From NCBI GenBank assembly GCA_004195635.1, contig PSPT01000002.1, positions 26,200 to 90,199 on the forward strand: a stretch of 64,000 nt of DNA, in the 5' to 3' direction. Below the pieces are notes generated by a model. That model searched no databases. It was not told the origin of the DNA and saw only the letters and a program-made list of their open reading frames with translations. The position numbers and the translations under genes were made by a program. How positions within the stretch are numbered: the first letter of the stretch is position 1; each line of letters opens with the position of its first letter. Below, piece by piece: positions 21,101 to 26,661 of the stretch. The DNA is from Methanobacteriota archaeon (GTDB lineage Archaea > Thermoplasmatota > Poseidoniia > Poseidoniales > Poseidoniaceae).

Positions 21101-22834
21101 TTCCGCGTTAACCCAGTCAACGATGCTCCTGAAGTATTAGACTATGACCACCAAAGTGGACAGGTAATTACTGCAGGTAATGGAACAAGTGTGGCTCTAC
21201 CATGGCGTCTAATCGTCATGGAAGACGATATGTCTACAGACAACCTAACCTTTGACCTTTCAGCAATGAAGGACGATAACGACCACTTGGATAGCGAACT
21301 AACTTGGGAATTCGTGAGTACCAGCAATTGTGTTTGGCAGAACTACTTCTCTGACATCAGCATTACAGGTGATGACATTGCGTTCACACTAATACCTGAC
21401 GCAACAACAACTGCACCTCCTGAAGAAATCGATTATCTTGATGACGGTGGAATACACCAAACTCGCCCAACAGGTGGAGATTACTGTGTAATCCGTATGT
21501 ATCTAAACGATACTGCAATCGCACCTGCTCACACACCTAACTACGGTTATGATACTGCAACATACACACAACAAGGCGATGAAGTACTCTTGTACATTCA
21601 GGTAAAGAATATTCCTGAGCCAGTACCTGATTACTACTTTGATGTAATTTCTGGATTTGACTTCCACGGCGTACAAAATATCATGCCTGGTTCTGAAATT
21701 CCGGTCTCAGTTGATCTTGTGCACGAAGGAGATGTCCCACCATACAAGTACGACCACCTACTCAAGGTTGAATTCTGGTCCAACGGCCACACCACTGGTG
21801 ATGAAGTTCAAGACATTCAGTTCATTGAACCACCAGCAATGGGAGAAACTATTGAAGTATTCAGCGACGATGTAATGATCGAATCTGGAACAACAGCAGT
21901 TTATGTCCGTGTTGACGTAATGACCTGTGTAAACAGTGTCTGTCCAGCACCAGCAGATGTAACTCCATCTGACTTCATTGCTGACTCACCACCGGCACAC
22001 CGCTGTGACAATCAACTAACAGTCGCTTGGTCATGTCCTGGTAAGCACGCAGGAACATCCCTACGTCGTCCATTCTTGGAAGACAGCAACTTCAGCAACA
22101 ATATCATGTATACAAGTAATGCCCAAGCCGGTACTCTTGATGCAAATGATGACTTGCCAAAGCGTGTAAGCCTAATCGGCGCATCTGCTGTACCTTCCTT
22201 TGCTCCAAGCATTGTAATGGTCAGTATTGTTGGAATGTTCGTCGGTGCTCTTGCAGCATCCGGACGCCGTGATGAAGAGGAAGATGTTGAGGAAATTGAA
22301 GATGATGAATCTGCAGTCAGCCCAGTTATTGCTACTATCTTGATGGTTGCTATTACAGTTGTATTGTCTGGTGTCATTTATGTGTGGGCTAGTGATTTAG
22401 CTAACACTGATGCCAAGACTGTACCTCGTATTGGTATGAAGGTCGTTGAACACGAACCCGATGTAAGTACTGGATACTGGACTCTTGAAGTCACCTCAGC
22501 AAAGACCGAGTTGGCTACACAAGCGGTAATCATCCAAGTTACTTGGGATGGCGGTTTCTATGAAACCAGCCTAGCAAACCAGACAACCTACGGATTCGTA
22601 ATATCTAACGTACCAGGCGATGTCGCAGCACCAATTACTGTGACCTTTGCTGACAACGTAGACTGTGATGACCTAGGTGAAAACTGTAAATCAACCTTCG
22701 GTGTTGGAGACTTTATCGTCATCGGATCTCACGATTCAAATGGCGACAAAATCCTAAATGTTGACGTAACCGTTCGCTACTCACCTGGAATAGGCAGTGC
22801 ATCTGTCCTCCAAGAGTTCCGTGGACTTGTCTGA
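9194..22834 (+). CDS. Giant (4546 aa) multi-domain cell-surface adhesin-like protein
   Basis: A single uninterrupted ORF starts at GTG, with GAGGTGA 5 nt upstream and an alternative ATG at 9215. Features in order: N-terminal signal/TM; Tyr-rich low-complexity segments; parallel beta-helix (PbH1/NosD-like) repeats; a type-1 copper cupredoxin motif (H...[11 protein letters not shown]); a CBM9-like segment; cadherin-like INDAPI/VNDAPEV repeats; a C-terminal TM ([19 protein letters not shown]) with acidic tail; and a pilin-like module. Confidence 0.85.
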   Translation: [4546 protein letters not shown]

Positions 22835-22883
22835 TTATTGTTAAGGTAATCACTGGTTAATACCGGCTGCAAAGTCGGGCAAA

Positions 22884-22943
22884 GGAGGCGTGGGCCTCCG
22901 AGACCTGCGGGTCTCGGGGGCCTACTTCCCCCTTCTTTTTTTT
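22884..22943 (+). terminator. Three tandem GC hairpins followed by a T8 tract (intrinsic-terminator-like)
   Basis: The hairpins are ggaggc-gtgg-gcctcc, gagacc-tgcg-ggtctc and ggggg-N7-ccccc, followed by ttcTTTTTTTT. The region lies 50 nt downstream of the giant ORF stop. Confidence 0.5.
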
Positions 22944-23075
22944 ATTTTAAATACTCTACTTAGTTTGACTAATGCTTCCCATAGCATTGAATAGGGAATT
23001 GCCTTTCGGAACAAATAGCACTTACTGCTCAGGTTGTGATCTTTTGCGAATCGCACATTATTTCCCAATTGTCAA

Positions 23076-23771
23076 TTGGAGGGAATTATTCTGAATATTC
23101 GTTTAGTTGCATTTGATTGTGATGGAGTATTGGTTGATTCAGTTTCCTCATGGCGGTCCTTGCACGATCATTTTGGCACCGATAATCAAGTGAATTATTT
23201 GGCATACTTGAATGGAGAAATTACTGACCAGCAATTTATGCAAAGCGATATTGAACTATGGAAATCAGTGCAAGCCGAAATACATCGGGATGATATTTTC
23301 CGCGCATATCAAGGAATAAAGTTGATGAAAGGAGCAAGAGAATTAATCTCAACTCTAAAGGCACAAGGAATATTCATTGCAATTGTTTCAGCAGGAGTCG
23401 ATGTATTTGTTGGAGCCATTGCTACTATGCTGAAGGCTGATGATTGGATAGCAAATGGTTTGAGTTTTTCAGATGAAGGCTGGCTTCTTGATGATGGAAT
23501 TGTTAGGGTAGTTGGCTCCAAGAAAGGAGGAGTAATTACTCGACTGATGGCCATGCATGAAATAGAAGGTTGTGATGTAATTTCAGTTGGCAATAGCCTT
23601 CCCGACCTTAGTATGAAAGTTGAGGGTTCTCAATTTATTGCTTTCAACCCAAATCAAGACCGTTGCATTGAAGGTTTTTCATCTGCTGGCGTGCCAATTA
23701 TCTACGATAAGGATTTGCGCTTGCTTTGGCCTCACATTTTCAAAGGCGAAACATTCCCTACAAGCGAATAA
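23076..23771 (+). CDS. HAD-superfamily hydrolase (phosphatase, SerB/PSP-like)
   Basis: The N-terminal VAFDCDGVLVDS is HAD motif I (DxDGx). Later S/T and K, D motifs follow. The start is TTG or an internal codon and is uncertain. Confidence 0.65.
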   Translation: MEGIILNIRLVAFDCDGVLVDSVSSWRSLHDHFGTDNQVNYLAYLNGEITDQQFMQSDIELWKSVQAEIHRDDIFRAYQGIKLMKGARELISTLKAQGIFIAIVSAGVDVFVGAIATMLKADDWIANGLSFSDEGWLLDDGIVRVVGSKKGGVITRLMAMHEIEGCDVISVGNSLPDLSMKVEGSQFIAFNPNQDRCIEGFSSAGVPIIYDKDLRLLWPHIFKGETFPTSE

Positions 23772-23881
23772 TGATTGTCACTGGACTTTCCTCCGCTTGG
23801 CCCTTTTGCTTCCTCGTTTCGTAACATCCCTCTTGGCATCCCCATCTTCCTCCATGCGTCGATTACGGCAATCTCTTCACA

Positions 23882-25630
23882 TCAAGCGAATGGAATATTT
23901 GCAGTCATATGAGTTCCGAGGTTCACCACCGTTAAAATGCAAGGCTTTGGTTGGAAACCAAGCATTCGTTGGTATGAGGTCTGATCCTGCCATGTAGATG
24001 AACAAACCAAAGTAGTTCCCTTATAATCAACACAAGCATGGCCATGCACGTGTCCGGTAACGAAAATATCTGGAACCGTATTGATTACCAAATTGTCCTC
24101 TGGTTCGGGGGAAAGTGGAGTCTTTCCACCCCATTGTGGTGCTAAATGTCGTCTTTGCATCATTTCTCGCATCGCTTGGACTGGGTTAGAATAGGTTACA
24201 TTTCGCATTCCCGAAACATAATCGTCTATGCTTTTTCCATGATAAGAGAGAATTCTAACACCATGTAGTGAGAAATCGCAAGGGTTGCCTACGAAATGTG
24301 TAGCATTGAATGATTGTTGAATATCTGGTTCAAGCGCAGGTTGTGGTTCTGCAGGTCTTACCGCGTCATGGTTTCCAGGTAGCATGATGCATTCAACCCA
24401 ATCGGGCAGTTGATGCAATAATCCTGCAAATTCATCATATTGGTTAAACAAATCTGGAATTGATAATTCCTTATCTTGCCCAGGATATATGCCGACTCCA
24501 TCCACACAATCTCCACTTAGGACAAAATATTTTATCGTTTTTGCAAGTGGGTCGGTGTGGAACCATTGTACCATCTTTTGCCATTGTGCTTCGAGGAAGG
24601 TTTTGCTGCCCACATGTATGTCTGAGAGGAAGGCTACGCTCACCTGTGCATCGGGTGAATTCTTTCTCTTTCTTCTCTTGAGAGGGGGGAAAAATAGGTC
24701 ATTAACATAAAAGAGGTCACCAGTATTGCTGAAAGTTCCTGCTACGCCAATTACATCGTCAGGCATAAGTCCGTGAGAAATTATCGGGTTGGGGTCATCA
24801 TCGTCCTTACGCAATAAGCAGGTGGTTGCTCCCGTGTTGTCCTCCAATTCAAAAATCAAATGGCCTTTTTTAGTATTTCTTGGTTCATTGACAAGTCCGA
24901 TTGCGCAAGCAATATTTTCTCGTCCAGTGAATGCGTGCCGATCGGCTAAAAGTTGATTGATATTTGTTACCCTTGATGGCATTTCACCGCCTGCTACAAT
25001 CATTTTTCTTATCTTATCCAGTCGGCTTGAGAAGCAAGAATTAATGTCATTCATTTTCCCTTCGGTTACACTATTTCCCGTTATGTCAAAATGAATTTCC
25101 AAATCAATATCAACATCTGATGCAATCATCGGGAAATCACCAATGTCATAATTCTGCAACCCCTTCAAGATATGAGGTGCAAGTGGTTCTGGCTTGACCA
25201 TTGGTGCAATAGTCCGCGCCCTAATTTCCTTTCTTGCAGGGTTAGGCTCAACATTCAGCGATGCGTTTATTTTGACAGGGGAGTGATTAATCTCAACCTC
25301 TTGAGCATTTAGAGTCGGTTGTGAGAAAGTGACTTTTTCAGTAATATCGGGCATTTGAAGTTCAGCCTTGGAAACTATTGTTGCGGGTGCAATTTCAGTC
25401 GGTTCAATGGTAGCATTTACTGCAGTGAGAGAGTTGTTATTTGGAACCAACTTGGCCAATAATTGTAAGTGGTTTTGGTCAAGGACTCCGCTTATGTTGA
25501 ATTCCTGAGCGCCTCGCAAAATCGCCATCGGGTCTTCAAATCCAGCCAAATTGTCAAAGAAAGAACGAGTGATTAGAATACCCTGTTTACGGCACTGGCG
25601 GAGGATCTCAGCGCGATTAGCCCCTACCAT
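23882..25630 (-). CDS. DNA polymerase II (PolD) small subunit DP1 (calcineurin-like phosphoesterase plus OB fold)
   Basis: The C-terminal half has the PolD-DP1 metallophosphatase motifs GDCVDGVGIYPGQ, GNHD and GHVHGH. The central OB-fold region is linked by a basic linker. Confidence 0.85.
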   Translation of the reverse strand: MVGANRAEILRQCRKQGILITRSFFDNLAGFEDPMAILRGAQEFNISGVLDQNHLQLLAKLVPNNNSLTAVNATIEPTEIAPATIVSKAELQMPDITEKVTFSQPTLNAQEVEINHSPVKINASLNVEPNPARKEIRARTIAPMVKPEPLAPHILKGLQNYDIGDFPMIASDVDIDLEIHFDITGNSVTEGKMNDINSCFSSRLDKIRKMIVAGGEMPSRVTNINQLLADRHAFTGRENIACAIGLVNEPRNTKKGHLIFELEDNTGATTCLLRKDDDDPNPIISHGLMPDDVIGVAGTFSNTGDLFYVNDLFFPPLKRRKRKNSPDAQVSVAFLSDIHVGSKTFLEAQWQKMVQWFHTDPLAKTIKYFVLSGDCVDGVGIYPGQDKELSIPDLFNQYDEFAGLLHQLPDWVECIMLPGNHDAVRPAEPQPALEPDIQQSFNATHFVGNPCDFSLHGVRILSYHGKSIDDYVSGMRNVTYSNPVQAMREMMQRRHLAPQWGGKTPLSPEPEDNLVINTVPDIFVTGHVHGHACVDYKGTTLVCSSTWQDQTSYQRMLGFQPKPCILTVVNLGTHMTANIPFA

Positions 25631-25696
25631 GTATCACGGTTCTGTGCGACCGTCCTTAAAGTGCTGGGTGAGATTGAAATATTTTTTATTGCCAAA

Positions 25697-26398
25697 TCAA
25701 TCTTTCTGTGAGTTATCCCAATCAACTTCTTCTCCCACAGAATTATCGCCATTTTGCTTATCATTTTCTAGCCATACTTCGTTCTGCCAAGGTGCCAAGG
25801 TTGTTGCTTTTGCTTCTTCAAGTACTTTCTTTACCTCGGCCAAGCGCATTTCATCCTGCTCATTTTTCCTATCTTGTTGCTCCTTTTCTTCTATTTTTGT
25901 ATCTCGGTCTCGAAGTTTATCCCATTGCTCAATTGCAGTATATAGGGCGAAGGTAACGAAAGCATCTTTATTTTCGGCTCTATTTCCACCGAAAACTGCT
26001 TGCTTCACTCTTTTGCCATCAGCGGTAGAGATTCCGACGTGTACAAGCCCGACTTCCTTATTGCTATCATCGGCTCTTGGACCGGCGATTCCCGTGACCG
26101 AAATCACAAGGTCTGCTGAAGATTTCAAGCGTCCTCCTTCAGCCATTGCTGAGGCAACTTGGGTGCTGACTGCTCCATGCTTTTCGATATAATTTATATC
26201 AATTCCAAGTTGGTCGGATTTTGCTTTATTTGAGTAAGTGACCCAGCCAAGTGTGAACCATTTACTTGCCCCACTGATATCGGTTAATGTACTTGCTAGA
26301 AGCCCGCCGGTGCATGATTCCACAACTGCTATGGTGGCTTTTCTTCTAAGCAAGCGCCTTGAAAGACGTGCTGCTAATACTGCCGCAGACTCATCCAT
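25697..26398 (-). CDS. cinA: CinA C-terminal-domain protein (PncC-like nicotinamide-nucleotide amidohydrolase family) with a KE-rich C-terminal extension
   Basis: AVVESCTGGLLASTLTDISGAS...GIAGP is the CinA-C signature. The start is taken at the internal MDESAA. Confidence 0.65.
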   Translation of the reverse strand: MDESAAVLAARLSRRLLRRKATIAVVESCTGGLLASTLTDISGASKWFTLGWVTYSNKAKSDQLGIDINYIEKHGAVSTQVASAMAEGGRLKSSADLVISVTGIAGPRADDSNKEVGLVHVGISTADGKRVKQAVFGGNRAENKDAFVTFALYTAIEQWDKLRDRDTKIEEKEQQDRKNEQDEMRLAEVKKVLEEAKATTLAPWQNEVWLENDKQNGDNSVGEEVDWDNSQKD

Positions 26399-26479
26399 TG
26401 GTTGATGGAGTAGGTGATTGTTCTTGAGGTTAGTGCCTTGCTTGAGAATCGTCAAAACTTACGCTAAGAATAAAAAGAG

Positions 26480-26552
26480 TGGGCCTGACCAGATTTGAAC
26501 TGGTGATATTCGCCTTGTAAAGGCGACGTAATAACCCCTATACCACAAGCCC
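26480..26552 (-). tRNA. tRNA-Val (anticodon UAC)
   Basis: The reverse complement reads GGGCUUG...UCGCC-UUUACAA-GGCGA...ACCAG-UUCAAAU-CUGGU-CAGGCCC-A. The acceptor and T stems pair fully, the loop has U33 and A37, and the anticodon is UAC. CCA is not encoded. Confidence 0.75.
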
Positions 26553-26661
26553 GCTGAAACAGGCGTGGGGCACTTTGCTTTTGACTCCACCGCTTGATTT
26601 TTCAATGAAAGGATTTCACCAAAGGTTGTGAAATATTCACAATAATTCAATCACAAATAAT

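Noticed and set aside
23620-23997. 125-aa + strand ORF extending past the HAD hydrolase
   Set aside because: It overlaps the HAD gene's 3' end and the convergent DP1 gene's 3' end, in an alternative frame with Cys/Leu-rich composition.
25551-26192. 213-aa Ser-rich ORF on the + strand
   Set aside because: It is antisense to the cinA-like gene and the DP1 5' end. It has an S/F/C-rich low-complexity composition and no motifs.
26456-26661. Integrated mobile element at the tRNA genes (tRNA-Val, tRNA-Glu, tRNA-CAU)
   Set aside because: No integrase, transposase or att-like duplicated tRNA 3' segment lies nearby. The adjacent genes are housekeeping.
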